From positions 11,036,001 to 11,100,000 of the forward strand of contig NW_024704755.1 in assembly GCF_018977255.1 (NCBI RefSeq): DNA of 64,000 bases. Reading direction: 5' to 3'. This document shows positions 48,785 through 62,279 of the stretch, piece after piece. Position 1 is the first letter of the stretch; every line of letters begins with the position of its first letter. The position numbers were made by a program, and so were the translations under genes. Below the pieces are notes generated by a model. That model was given only the letters and a program-made list of their open reading frames with translations. It did not search any database and had not been told where the DNA came from. This stretch comes from Callorhinchus milii. Lineage: Eukaryota.

Positions 48785-50387
48785 ATCACAATTATTGCAA
48801 AAGGTTTTCAGTCACAAAATAAAGATTGCGGATCAAAATCAGCAATAAATAATACAATCAAACCCATAGGAATCCAAGAATAAATTGGAAGATTGGCCTA
48901 GCTGTGAAAACCTATGTTTCATTGCATCTTATGCTGCAACAGAAGACTTCAAACTGATTGAGTCATTCAGTTCCCCCCGTACTTCAATTAGCTGTCCATC
49001 TTCTATCCCAGTGTATCATGGACAAAGATTGTAATTGTAACCAAAATAACACACACTAGCCCACACAATAACATTAAACTACCACACAAGCATATACTAT
49101 ATTAATATATTCATGACCAACTTTATGAAAATATGAAATATTTATACCCTTGTCCTATTATATAACTGACCTCTCGCCACATAAGACATCGAACTAGACA
49201 GTTAATTAGCATAAAGTAAAATGGTTCTCTCTCTCTACCATGCCTCTATTCATTTAATTATAAAACGCTTACATAAACTAATAACTGGGTCTGGAAGAAC
49301 AGAAACTGAGCACCATCTAACATTGTGGTTGCACTCAGTAAACCTGCCAATTAGAAGTAAAATGCAAAGGCTCAGCAGTTATGCTGCTAGGAGGAACTTT
49401 CTGCACAGCTAATAGAAGACAACGAGGAAAGCAAAGTTTGTCAAAATTGGAGCATCACTAGATCAAAGGATCCTCACTGTAGCAAGCTAAAGGCAATGCT
49501 CAAGTGGTAATTCCTTTCTAAAGGTAAGAACTATTTCCCTTACTCACAGAAATGGAGAGAATTCCCTTCATTGGACCAGAAACAAGTTCTTGTTGAGAAC
49601 CATCAAATAATTAAATGTGTTTGTAGAATAGATTAAAATGATGGGGGTTCCATAATGATTTGATTTATTGTATTAAAAAGGTTAGGTTAAACTAGTTAAA
49701 TCAGAAAACCATGTTTCACAATCTTCGCTATCCCATATCGGTCACTCAAATAAAAAGTTTTGTTGAATATTCTGCTGAAAGATCTTAATCCTGTCAGGAT
49801 ATTGGTCAGACTCTGTGAACCATTCAGTAATTCTGGCCTTTCATGCCTCTCAAGCTTTCTTTCCTTTGTGTTTTTTCATCAACGCTCACTAAAACATGCC
49901 TCTTCACAGTTCAGATTGGGTAACTCAGTATAGTGCAGGGATTGAATTTGGACCTTTCTGTTTTGGGAGGTGGCAGGAGAACTCTGTGAGGTGAGTCATC
50001 AATTGAGCCATTTTAGAAACAACCTCAGAATGATTTGACATCAACTCTTCACATAAGCAGAGCACCATGGTATTGCTACCTTTCAGTGAACGTTCTTTAA
50101 AGAGGCTTATAATAATCTGGTCAGGTGTGTGCATTTTAAGCTACAGTTGAATCTGCTAGGAATTGTAATCCTATTACAGACATCGACACCGGGTCTAAAA
50201 ACAGACAGTTCTCAGCATACATGGCTGGCCCTCTAATCAATGCAATAAGAGGGTAAGGTTTCGGTTATTGTGCATATTCGGGTATAGAGACAAAAGACAG
50301 GTTAAATTGAGAAAAAGCTAACTGCTGTAACAATTTGTTTTAAAACAGTGGTTCTTTGTGATCTTAAGGAATCTGGTATGCAGAGTT

Positions 50388-50535
50388 ACATAGAATGATA
50401 TGGCATGTAAACAGGCTACTTGACCCAACCATTCCGTGTCGGTGTTTACACTCCACATGAGCCCTGGCCCTTCCTGCACCCCTCTATCCCTTCTCCCGCA
50501 CGTGTGCATCATGTTTTCTCTTAAATACATGAGGA
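50388..50535 (-). mobile_element. CR1-type 3' tail
   Basis: CATAGAAT...ACAGGCTACTTGACCCAAC, the reverse complement of a CR1 tail. Confidence 0.5.
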
Positions 50536-50984
50536 ATTTTTTCAAAGTATAGAGCTGAGCTCAAAGATGCAGCCAGCAGCCCTCTTTAGAGGATGGGCTT
50601 TAAAATATTCCACCTGCTAACCACGACGGTAACTGGAACCAAGACGTTTAATCAGTTTTGGAATTTGNAAAAAAAGCTTCTAATATAATAGTCCAAAAGG
50701 CATAATTATTCTTATAGAGAATCACATTTTGTAACACCGTGGTTCATATGTAAGAGTCAATTTTTTTTAATCCAACTGAATCATAAGTAGGTGAAATTCA
50801 TCATTACTTGAATTAACTCAATGGTTCAAATGCAGTTTCTGGTTACTTTTCCACTAAGGTATCTGCAAGGCGTATCCTGAAGGATACCGTATGAAAGATA
50901 CTGGGAATTTATCAATTGCACCCCCCTCCCCCCAAAAGTCCTTTCTGTTTTTTCCTTATTGTACTAGAGTTGAAAGTGCCTGGC

Positions 50985-51115
50985 CTGTCATTCACTTCAA
51001 TGTTCTTTGTGATCGCACTGCAGTACGCAAATTGACTCCAAATACGCAGTCACTCCACTTTACCAAAAAACTCGAAGCACTTTGAGACATTTCGATGTCC
51101 TAAGGTGCTTTATCA
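50985..51115 (+). mobile_element. Diverged SINE 3' fragment
   Basis: CAGTCACTCCACTTTAC...GAAGCACTTTGAGACAT. Confidence 0.5.
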
Positions 51116-51797
51116 CCTACCATGCAATCCCACTTACCCTGACCAATAAAGGCATTCTAGTTCCCAAGATAATGCCTGCTTTGCTTTCGCAGACTGCTAG
51201 GACTTACACTGGAATGGGCAGTGAAGACGCACTATTTTCTTTCTGGTTCCAAACTATTGCTGCTGGTTGTCTCCTCTGCTTCTCCCTGCCTATGTGGATG
51301 AAGGCTGAGATTGGAAAGCCATTAGTGGTGCTCAAACAGGAGTAACTCACTGTGAGGTACAAAAGCAGTGATCCAGCACTCAACACCTCTGAGATTCAAG
51401 TAGGTAAGCTAACCATTGAAGCATGTGACATTGCCCGGAGGCATAACCTCAATTTCAAGTGTTGAGGAGGATATTCCTAATGATACCCAATGCTGGCTCC
51501 GAAGTTTGCAAAGATACAATGAACACTTTGCATTGATATGATTTGATGAAAGGGTTTGCACAGATATTATGACTTAATAATTCATATAAACACCTAATAT
51601 TGAGATGTTTGCTCATTATCTTCAAACGCCTAATAGTGTATTAAAATGATCTAAATGGGAGAAATTGAGAGTTCTGAAATGTCAACGTCAAAATAATACA
51701 ATGTAAACGAAAGCATTCTAGAGTGTGTGTAAACCTTGAAATAATTATGCTTTTGCCAGATTTTACAGTTTGTGGATTTTACATATATGAGGATAAA

Positions 51798-52487
51798 AAT
51801 ACTAATCCTTGCATTTGCCTTTCACGTCAGGAGGACTCCTCAAAGTGCTTCACAGGATTGTACTGTAAGGACTGCATTTTGGAGGTGAAAACAGCAGCCA
51901 ATCTGCGCAAAGCAATATCCCGCCTTGAAATAAATGGTCAATTTTATCTTAGGGATATTGGCCAGAAGAAAATCCCTCCTCTTCTCTAATAGTGCTGTGA
52001 GATCTTTGACATCAGAAGGACGTCCCAAGGAGTCGGACAGTTAAGTGTTTACACCCTAGCTGGGGCATGGAATCAAGTGTGGTGGAGGGTAGGGTGTGTG
52101 GGAGGGTGGCCAAAAGGACAACCAAAGAGGAAAGTCTTGGGATGAGCCTTGAAGGAGGCAAGGGAGGAGGGATTTCAGGATGGAGTTCCAGAGGGTGGAG
52201 GCAGAAAAACTGAAGGCCTGACTGCCAATGGGGTGGGGTTGGCAGCGAAAATAAAGCAGGGGAATGCCCGCCAAGCGGAGGAAGCAGGCAGTTTAATGAA
52301 TTAAGAATAATTGTTCACCTGTAACAAATAGACAGCACCTCAATTTAACATCTCATCTGAAGAGCACATCTCAAGCATTACAATGGAGAGTCAGCCTAGA
52401 CTATGTGAGTTCAAATTCTCGAAGTGGGGCTTGAATTTACAATCTTCTGATACAGAGGTGCAACTGCTACAAAGTGAGCCAGGCTGC
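51798..52487 (-). mobile_element. Deu-type SINE split by an L2 insertion (51798-52012 plus 52313-52487)
   Basis: Tail and core lie left of the L2; the core continues after it (TTTAACATCTCATCTGAA) to the tRNA-like head. Confidence 0.7.
52013..52290 (-). mobile_element. L2 3' fragment nested in a SINE
   Basis: Minus-strand IGSQAFSFSASTLWNSI, homologous to the 46900-47267 translation. Confidence 0.75.
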
Positions 52488-52599
52488 CATGTATAAATTG
52501 CATTCTGAAAGGTCTCAGCCAATTAAAGAGTGAGCCACGGTGTGTTCAATGCACATCAGAACAAGGAATCGTAAACATGTGTGCGTAAAAAGAATCAAG

Positions 52600-52950
52600 G
52601 AGTGTGCATTAGCAGAGGTGGAGAACAAAAGGGATTTGGGTTTGATTAATGATCATTCACTGAAAGTTTCAGGACAATTTAAAGCTGCTGTCAACAAACC
52701 TCATCAAATACTAGGTAGCATTTCAAGGGCAATTGTTACTACAAGTCAAAATAACGAATTCTAACCTTGCATAGAATAGAAGTGAGATCACATTGCATAT
52801 AATTTTGACATCAAAAGGACATTGAAATGTTGGAGAAGGTTCAAAGAAGAGAAACAAGAATAATTGTAGGATTTAGTTCTCTATGTTATAAGGAGAGGCT
52901 CGTAGACTAAAAGTGCTTTAATTGAAGAAGAAGATTGAGGGAGGCATTAA
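52600..52950 (+). mobile_element. Degenerate CR1 LINE ORF2 fragment (post-RT region)
   Basis: ENKRDLGLINDHSLKVSGQFKAAVNKPHQILGSISRAI, then KDIEMLEKVQRRETRII and YKERL in shifted frames, are typical CR1 motifs. Confidence 0.8.
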
Positions 52951-53244
52951 GAGGGGCATAGATGATGTAGACATAAGCAGACTATATGACAGACTGTGTG
53001 GGCTAAGCTTAAAATGAAAAACCCTCCAGTGGGAGTACAGGTCAGAAAGTTTCTTTCTGTCACAAACAGTGTACAACAAAGATTTGGTGTGATGCCTGTT
53101 ATAATTATAATGGTTGCATTCGTTACAACGTCTTTCATGTGGGAAGAACAGCTCAAGTCACATCACAAGATTTTACTGCAAAGTACAGTGTCTGTGTATT
53201 TTAGCTGTGTATTAGAGCATTAGCAGAGACTGATTTTAAATTCT

Positions 53245-53312
53245 TGATGTAGAGCTCGAACCCAGAACTTGCAGACTCAGAGGTAAGAGTGCTACCAACT
53301 AAGCCAGGCTGG
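53245..53312 (-). mobile_element. Deu-type SINE head fragment
   Basis: CTCGAACCCAGAACTTGCAGACTCAGAGGTAAGAGTGCTACCAACTAAGCCAGGCTG. Confidence 0.6.
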
Positions 53313-54614
53313 CATCAGCTTTCTAAAAAAACTGTTCCAGAACGGCATCAGAAGACACGGTGGCAGGAGCGGCTTGCCATATGGGAAATTAGGAAATATC
53401 CCGGATGCCACTGAACTCGATATCTGGGGAGTGACAGTTCGGACCATTCAATCATGCAGAGCCTTCCCTCCATGAGGTGTAACAACTACAATAGTCAATC
53501 ATCACACCTGCTGTTTTAAGCCCCGACAATGTTTTGAAATATACAAAGGTTTTAGGCCAAATCAGTCCCCACCCTGCCCCCCACTTTACCTGAATATCCA
53601 AAGCCCTTTGGGGACCCTAAAGTCTGAATAGGTTCCCAGTAGAGTTCATCTTCACGGCACATTTCACACCAAATGAATATCAGACAAAGCAATATTTTTT
53701 TTAACCTTCAAGATAGTGAGATTTGACAAGATTGGATCGCATGTTCTATCCCAATCAACCAGTGAATAGATATACTGTATTCTAATCCACAAAAATATAT
53801 TCTACACCATTCTGTAAAGCAATGTTGATTAACAAGGACATTCAGCTATGGTTTCATTGGAAGACCATTACACTAATCTCCATCAGCATTGCCATTAGTT
53901 GGCTGGCTGTATTGCTAGAAAGTGTTGCCAACTATCTGTTGTTGACTTGATTTTGGGTAATTCTGTAGATTTCCTCAAGGGACAGTTTGGTGTATTGTGA
54001 ATTAGATCTCACAATGTCCTGGATATAAAGCTTTTTACCCGGCTTTGTAAAAACATGCTACAATTAAGCAGGAGCACATAAGTGCTGATGTTTTACGTTT
54101 ATTTTTGTGAAGAATGTGCCTAATCTACCGTAACTGGTATCGACAGATTAATTCTGATGATTGGCATCATTCCATAAGACAATACAATTGTTTCTACTAG
54201 GTCTAGTTATAGAGTTTGATCCCGGTAGCTGGAGAGATCATTGCTTAAAGAGCTTATGTAATTCAGTTTACCCTACAATTAAAGTACTGTAAGGAAGTCA
54301 TTTTAAACAATATCATTGTTAGAACAAACTAAACAAAAGATGGAATAGATCCCGAATGTAAAAAAACATACATGGAAGGCCAAAGTCAAGTTTATTATTA
54401 TTATTATGGAACTGTGCACAAGACAAGATGAAAAGAAGAGATTATTAGTAGATAACTGCAGGAGCTGGGAGAGGAAATGAATGACAAACTCTTCTAAAGA
54501 GTGTAAATATAATAATGTACAGTGCCTATTCTGCCAGAAGCACAAACTCAATCTAGTTTAAATAACCCCAAAGACTACAAAGTTTCCCAACAAGCAGATT
54601 CCAGCTCCCTTTTT

Positions 54615-54820
54615 TGTCTGATACATGCAGCTAACCATCACCATGCTTAAGAGTATTCAAAACAGACAGAGTTTCACATATGTACACACCCACATGTCGA
54701 CATTTCCTTGTGTATGAAATGAAATGTGCATTCTCTCTGGAGGGATGCACCCTGCCTACCCAATTCCAGAGAGTATTAGATGCAGGTTGGCAAGAGCTAA
54801 GGCTTGGGGACCCCAACATG
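54615..54820 (+). repeat. Unclassified dispersed repeat, copy 2
   Basis: Shares its 3' part with 3730-3812 and its 5' part (CATGCTTAAGAGTAT) with 56010-56095. Confidence 0.75.
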
Positions 54821-54874
54821 GTCCTAACATATGCGTTGGACTGGTGATGGGGTTTAACCAGCTAAAACCGTATA

Positions 54875-54987
54875 GCAATACAGCACATCCCCAGCAATGC
54901 ATTGGAGTGTCAATGAGTGCAATTTCCTGATGTGGGACTTGAACCCACAACCTCAGAGGCAGCATTGCTACTAATTGAGCCAGGCTA
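54875..54987 (-). mobile_element. Deu-type SINE head fragment
   Basis: GTGGGACTTGAACCCACAACCTCAGAGGC...GCTACTAATTGAGCCAGGCT. Confidence 0.6.
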
Positions 54988-55659
54988 ACATCCAAAGTTA
55001 ACATACTGAAAGCACTCAACTAGAACATTGTCTTTGCACGTCTTGTATCTGGGTTCAATTCCATCCCGAGTTATTAGCTGAAAATCTCTATGTTACAGTG
55101 GGAAATGGGGCCAGGAGAATGTCTGGCTCACCTTAACCCATTTCCAAGCGAGTTCACTGGATAAAATTACTTGCATTTTAATTTTGGCACACTCATTCAG
55201 AGAGGCTATAAAATAATTTCCGCAGGAAACGGAGATGCAGCACAGATATAGAAGTTTTGCTCTACTGATGTGAAGATGCGGGTTGAGGTAATATTACATA
55301 GAGCAATGTTTACTTTGTACCTAACCAATTGTTTTTATGGAGGCACGGAGCCAAGGAAAAATGGGTGTTAATGCACTTTTCTTCACTGTCGGCATCTCTT
55401 AGCTTTGAACGTCCCCTCACAAAGCTGTTGCATCTGGTCAAAATTACACAGAATAAAACTTCCGAGTTGCAATTTCAACATTAGTCTCATGCCACTGGGG
55501 ACTATCAGCTGCTTATTTTGCTTTCAACTCACCCATTACAATACATTGTGTTTAATTACCATTCCTAGTTTGAATCAAGAAATCTCAGTTGAACCTAAAC
55601 TGTAGCTCACTCTGTGCTGTCCACAGTGCTATAAAAGTAGCTGCTTGTCATTTAAAAAT

Positions 55660-55760
55660 AAAATAATAACCGTTGCATTTGATATAGTGTGTCATCGAGA
55701 TGTCTCAAAGCGTGTCACAGGATATGCTGTAAAGTGGATTGACCATGCATTTTGTAGGCT
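55660..55760 (-). mobile_element. SINE 3' tail fragment
   Basis: TTGCATTTGATATAG...GATGTCTCAAAGCGTGTCACAGG. Confidence 0.7.
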
Positions 55761-56009
55761 TGACAACTAGGACATTTTAAAGGTTCACCTAAATTAGTTT
55801 TTCGCTTCTTCCAGCCTGTTGCCTGAGATTTACAAAAATGAATCCCCAAAAGGATTACAATTTGGTCCACGGACAAATAAAGCATTGCAGTGGACTATAA
55901 AGATCTGATCCATGAGGGAGGCAAAGAAGGAAATAAGAGGGAATAAAATAAATAAGGAGGGAAATTAAGTGCTTTTTTTATATAAAGTTTTTTACAATTT
56001 TTTTTGGGG

Positions 56010-56095
56010 GGGTCAGCCGGGTATCTGTCACACGTAGAAACCCATCACATGCTTAAGAGTATCCAAACCAAATTGAGATTTCCATGGATCCCACC
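56010..56095 (+). repeat. Unclassified dispersed repeat, copy 4 (5' part)
   Basis: GGTCAGCCGGGTATCTGTCACACGTAGAAACCCATCACATGCTTAAGAGTATCCAAACC. Confidence 0.6.
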
Positions 56096-58374
56096 TATGC
56101 ATGTGTAATTGAAAAGAACAAAAAAAACAACTCTTTTGCAACTACAAGATATACAGAACTCTGTGCAAACTTGCAGGATAAAGATTTAATGCAGGAGTGT
56201 GATTTCTTTCTTTTTCCTCAATCAAGTATACAACCAGCTTGATAAAGAAAATCATATTTGAAATACCATTTGTGCAAAATTTTGATTAGTTTCCATTTTA
56301 ACATTTAAAAAAAAGTTCTGAAGTATTGCCACTTTTTACTATCGTTTTTGTGGAGTTTGATTCAGAAGTTCCATTCATTCACAACAGTGTTCCTTTTAGT
56401 TACAGTAGCACGACCATAACATTCTTCAATTTACTGTGTCCTTCAATACAAATTATTTATAGCTCCCTTACAAATTAAAAAAACTTAAAATACTCTCTCT
56501 GTAACACAACTCATTGTAATGTAGGTTTTTTTGCACAGTTGCATAGTTGTATTGTCCCTGTGTATAGTGCATCAGATAACACTTGCTCCTGTACTGTAGC
56601 CGATCACTCTGCTAACAAACTAATGCGTAATCAGTTCAAATTGTTTGTAAACCAAACTTTGCAATCCTCATGCCAACCTGGCTGAAAATAAAAACATTTC
56701 TATTCATGTCTGTGCCAAACAATGTTTACAAAAAGGATATTCTTTCAAATACTGAAACCATTCAAATTTGAGAAACGTGTGTGGAAGCAGGGAATGTGCC
56801 TTCATTTACAGTATTCTTGGATAAAATAAAACATACAATAGCGTTGTTTGTTTTGGTTTAGTGTTGAAATCTGTTTCCAATATTTTAAGGGTTAGACAAA
56901 AAGTCAAGATAATCATCAATTTTACTTGCAGAATAAAAGTGTTCTCTGTTCTCTTAAGACTGCCAGAAGACCTGTGTCTACTTTAACACAAGCCCCTGGT
57001 ATTGCTCACTGTGCCTCCAAAGTCTCTACCTAGTCAAAGGATTTAGTGCAGGATTTACTGAGAGTAGATCAGGCATTACATTTGTTGGAATTCTTAAACA
57101 CAGAGTTTCATGCAGCAACATTTTTTTGTTAAACTTTAAATTGCATGGTAAATAATTTACCATTTTCAGCATTTGTGTTCAGGAGAGAACTGATAAGTTT
57201 TTTTTTGTTGTTGGGTGGAAGTATTCTAGCCAATGTGAAGTTTGGGAAGACTTATTTTTGTAAAACGAGAAGTGTGGAACTGAGAGATTAGATCTGTGCA
57301 AAACCATATGGAGCACCCTTTGCTATGAAGCTGTTTTAAGTCTCAATATAAAAAGTTGGCAGAAGTTTCTTAATTGGATGCTTGTTAGAGTTATTCTATG
57401 GAGAAACAAGAACCCTGAAGCTCAAGGCTTGCTTCAGACAAATCCTGCTGTCTACAATCTGTGGCCTCTGCCTCCTATGCACTCGTCATTCAGTAAAGCA
57501 TGCCTATGTGTTCTTCTCTGGTTGCTTTCCGTCATTGCAACCAATTTACTTTCTCAATATTCTGCTTCTTTTCAGTTTTCTGAAAGGAAAATATGGCAAC
57601 GCACTAGAACCATCTCATCTGTAGATCATTGGGCTGGTCTTTCACTCTTAAATCTTCCTCTAAAGAGAAATGTTTGCAGTACAAAGGTGCATTTTGCTTG
57701 TGGGCAATGATTAAGTTTTCCTCCCTGTTGGTTTTTTTCCCAAATGACCCAGCAGTTGCAGAAAATGGAAAGTGCTATGGTTTTGAATTACATGCATCAA
57801 ACTTTAAAAAAAAATGAAGTGCCATATTTCATGATTTTGTGGAATTTGCCTCTTGTAAAACCTTCTTGCAAACCAGTTACCTCGGTTAAAATGACAGAGA
57901 TGGATAGCATTTGCATTCCATTCAAAGTTCCTTTCTCATGCAGCATCTATTTTAAGTGCTAGTCATCTTGGACATATGTACCAAAATTCATTCAAAACTA
58001 AAGCCTGCAGAAACATACTCAATTGCTTTAAATAAGATCTCAACTCTAATCTACAAGTTTCCCACCAAGTCTTTTTCATCCTTTTGATAAACACCATAGC
58101 TTGACAATCACATAAACTGCTTCAAGTTACGCACTTTATTATAATTAAAAACCTTTGAAAAACAGTCAACCCACCTTACTTTTATTAATGTCATCCCACA
58201 CCTAATGAAGTGAGCAACAAGAGTATTACAGCGGCCTCTTTGTAACCCTAATGTTGAGTCCCACTGCCTGTCTGCTGATTGAGAAGCAGGGGGTTTATTT
58301 TATACCTAAGGCAACCAGAATACTCTGTGAATATTACTTTATGAAAGGGACATGGGTAGAATTCTAATAATAAT

Positions 58375-58500
58375 CAGTGTTCGCCTACAAAATACACAGT
58401 CATATCACATTACAGTTACTGCTGTGAAGCACTTTGAAAACGCTCTCTTGATATAAATAGCGCAGTGTTGAATATGAGGACTATTTTTAATAATAATTAT
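58375..58500 (+). mobile_element. Diverged SINE 3' tail fragment
   Basis: TTCGCCTACAAAATACACAGTC...CTGTGAAGCACTTTGA. Confidence 0.6.
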
Positions 58501-59839
58501 TGGATGTTGAATTTTTTTTAATACTTACAGTATGAAATGATTCCACAATTTATTTGCCACTGTTAATACTGAGGAAATATTAATAGTTTTACAGCTATGT
58601 TATGACGTACCATAGAGCGCGAACAAAATATGATAAGGGTGCACTACTGGAGTGTATTTTTAGCTTTTGATTGCATCATTGTAATGTGTTTATTGCAAGT
58701 GAATATTGTAATGCAACCAGCATATGAAAATAGTTAGTGTGTGAATGAATGTAGCTCGTGTAATTTTTTTTGAAGAATGGTGTACTTTACATATCTGAAT
58801 TAGTGTGTCAGATACAGCTCTAGGGAATCTCTACTTTACCATTCAAATTCTGCACAGTTTTTCCATCGTTCACCAAGACAATATGCCTGTTCTCAGCCCA
58901 ACAGGATCACTTTCGTTTGCTGTCTTGCCACCACAGCTAGTAAAAATGGAACTCTAGTGACCTCTACTGATAATGTAAATGTACATCAACATTTTCAAGT
59001 ACAACTGGGATTATTAAATGATGCAATTTTAAATAACCTATAGACAGAAGCCTAAGCTTTTACAATCTCCCAATCAATTTCTGGTCTTTATCTGAGACAA
59101 AAGCTAGAGTTGATTTACATACGTATTAGCATATTTTATATTATTTTTTATACAAACATCTGTTTTAGGATTACATTTAGTAACCTAGCGTTGATGAATG
59201 CTACATTTAAAATGTTAATCACAAATGCTGCCTGTGATTTCGAAAAATTATACCTTCCCTACAAAATTATTTTAATTTACAAAAACAAATCTTGGCATTT
59301 GTTGCAAACAATAAATTAATAATTAAGCAGTAGAAATTCTAATGCAGGAATCACTCTCTTTGTATGATCAATTCAAACTCGCCTAATCTTTTCCTTATGA
59401 ATCTGCTATTTGCTGCTTTATCAATATCATTCTGAAGACAACTTTGTGACTGAAAATAGCAATTTCTTTCATTACATCTATATAATAGATTTCCCAGTTT
59501 CCCATTATAAAGATGTAGCAAAGTGATAGGTAGTTTTAGCAATCAGCAAATGATAGATCCTAAGTCGCTAATGAATCTATTCCTTGACAAGGGACAATAG
59601 AAGTCAGATAACATATGGCTGGCAAAACCAGCAAGAATTGCTGGCTTTTTTTAAACATCCTGTGTCTTAATGATTATCTCAAAAGCTAAAGGACTCTTTC
59701 CATTGTTTCCTGATATAATTAGAGTGCATTTTATTCCACATCTTTTCCAAACTGCCACAGCATCACATTAAAGGCCCTAAATGTTCAGGTATTGCTTGTG
59801 TTGCATGCTCCCAATTCCTGTTCACAAGACATAATGAAA

Positions 59840-60245
59840 CGATCATTGCATATGATATGGCGACTATAACATCAAAATGTCTCAAAGCTCTTCACAGGTA
59901 ATTGCTATCAAATATGGTTACTGTGTCTTTGTGGACAAATGCACCAGTCAATTTGTGCACAGCAAGATCCCACACGGCTATGAAATGAATGACCAATTTA
60001 TCTCACAGGGCAAACACCAGAAGAAATTTGCTTTTCTTGTCAAATGCCACGGGAATCTTTAACATCCACCTGAACAGGCAGATGGCACCTCTGTTTAACA
60101 GCACTGTGCTGGATCGCCAGCCTAGACTGTGAGCTCAAGTCCCAATCTGCCCCCAGATTGCCATGGCTGTTCCCTGTACCTTTGGGGCTGGAGCCAAAAT
60201 CTTCTGACCCAGAGTTGAGAGTGCTACCAACCAAGCCAAGCCAAG
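59840..60245 (-). mobile_element. Deu-type SINE
   Basis: Tail, GGGAATCTTTAACATCCACCTGAACAGGCAGATGG core and head GAGAGTGCTACCAACCAAGCCA. Confidence 0.7.
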
Positions 60246-60864
60246 CCAACATGTGCAGCCTCATTCTTATGGCAATATATTTTGCTGGGACACATAATGG
60301 AAGGATACAGGTTCACTCTCATCAATCTCCACATAGTTATAGAATTTGGTCAAGTCACCTTGGTGAGACATGAAGTGGAGCCTCGGAGCTTCTCCGAGAG
60401 GCACTGGGAGCAGCAGTGGCAGAACCTGAGGGCTGATGTTCCAGTCATCCTCTCAACTGGAAATGAGGAATGTATATATAGCATTGCTTGGAAAGGATAT
60501 CACTTTTTCCTCTTAAATCTGAGCTGTTATATAAATAGAAAGAATCTATCCCAATGTTTATTAATTATTACAAACTGGTGCCTTGCTTACAAAAACTTTA
60601 CAATGTAGGGGTTTAAAACTCCATGAAGGTTTAAGTTATGTACAGTTAAACAATAGACAGTTTTGTTCAAATTATATTGTTTGCGTTTGAAGTTGTTGGA
60701 GCTGAAAACTAGTGTAAGTGGGAATAGTGAGATCAAGTGACTGAAATTTATGAAAAACAATAGTTAACATCCTGATCCCTTCTGCTGCAAGAACTTATTT
60801 ACATGTGTGCTGATTTGCTACATGGGAATGTGCAACCAGTTTGAAGTTCCTTTGTCTTTGTTAG

Positions 60865-61020
60865 CCGTGGTTTTTGTGGGACATTGGTGTGTGCAAATTG
60901 GCTGTCAGATTCACCAACAAAATTTACGTCACTACACTTTACAATAAAATCCTTTGAAACATTTTGAGACGTCCACCTGACAATAAAAAGGCCCTTTATC
61001 AAATGTAAGGATTCTTCTTT
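60865..61020 (+). mobile_element. SINE 3' fragment
   Basis: TTTGTGGGACATTGGTGTGTGCAAATTGGCTG...TATCAAATGTAAGGATT. Confidence 0.7.
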
Positions 61021-62279
61021 CTTCACAGGGAAGATTGTACTGAAAAAACTATTTGGCTGGACAGTACCCTTACTGCAGAAGGCACTTATTATTGTCAAAG
61101 AAAAGGAAGCAGAGGATATGTCAGAGTAACTGTCACAGTCTCACACATGGGCCACATGAAGGCGAATGAAAGAATTTGTGAAATGCTTAGTGAAGGCAAG
61201 AAACTCTGCAGCCCCAAGTAAAGGCACACAAAACCAATGCCAGGGAAGTAGAGAATCGTGCTACTAGCTAAGAGCATTTGTGATAAGAACACAATCATAG
61301 GTATGAAGTGCTCCCTTACTCGTAGTAAGAGGTCTGTGACAACTGTCATAACCAGGTTCACATGCAACATCTGTGCAAACAGAAGTCCTTCAAGAGGATT
61401 AGGCAAAAAATGTACTTGCTGAGCAGGGATAAGGATTCAGTTTATTTGAAATAACAAAGATGAAAAGCCTTTGGAGCGAAAGCTTAACATACAACTTCTC
61501 ACTATTCTGATATATAGAGCACACTTATACCCACTGTAAATTCAGCTTGCGTCAAACCATACAAAATAATTTTGAAGGCAGCAGAAAATAAACAGTGGGA
61601 TAAGTGATCCAGAATTTCACATCCATCTTGGATGTCAACAAAGCAAAGTGGTACTGATGAGGTAAGCAAAGGAGAGCCACAATGTGTGGAAAGAGCATTA
61701 CATTCTGCAAAATCAGCTTGAAGATTGGCTCTTTGTAAAATTGACTGCTGACTCCAACATGTATCCAGTTTAACTCAAAGTTGCAAAGGCTGGTATGTAT
61801 TCCCGTCCTCTCCCCTAACAACAGTGCACAGATCACAGTCCAGATCACTTTGAGAAGGCTTGAATTCAAAGCTACATCGTTGGAATTAATATTGCACTTT
61901 TACTCTCCCGGCTGTCTGAAAACCTATCGTGCATAGTAGCTACCCATGAGCGCATTCTCTCTGTACTTCATTGTAACGAGCAAAATAATGTTTGTAAGGA
62001 GCTGGGCGCTTTGGAATTTTTGCTGCAGAAGAGATAATGTGCCTCTTTTCAGCTGCTGTGACAAAAATTTTACCAAACTACAGGAATGAGGTCATTTAAA
62101 ATAATATTCCTTGCAGAATCAAACCCTGTAACTACTGGAGGATAGCAATTCTCAAATACCCTTTCAGTCAGGTGATGCTTAGCGTGCAAAAAACCCAGCC
62201 AGGAGCGATGGTACAAGTCAAATATCAGCAGTTTATAATCTAGATATTTTTCCAGTCTTGGAGTCACAGTAAAAGATAG

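Noticed and set aside
22931-50668. Single N bases at 22931, 31611 and 50668
   Set aside because: These are assembly ambiguities beside homopolymers, not biological features; homopolymer lengths in this window may be unreliable.
61457-61487. Second hammerhead-like word (AGATGA...GCGAAAGCTT)
   Set aside because: It lacks the CU of CUGANGA and a convincing stem II; at most a decayed Penelope remnant.
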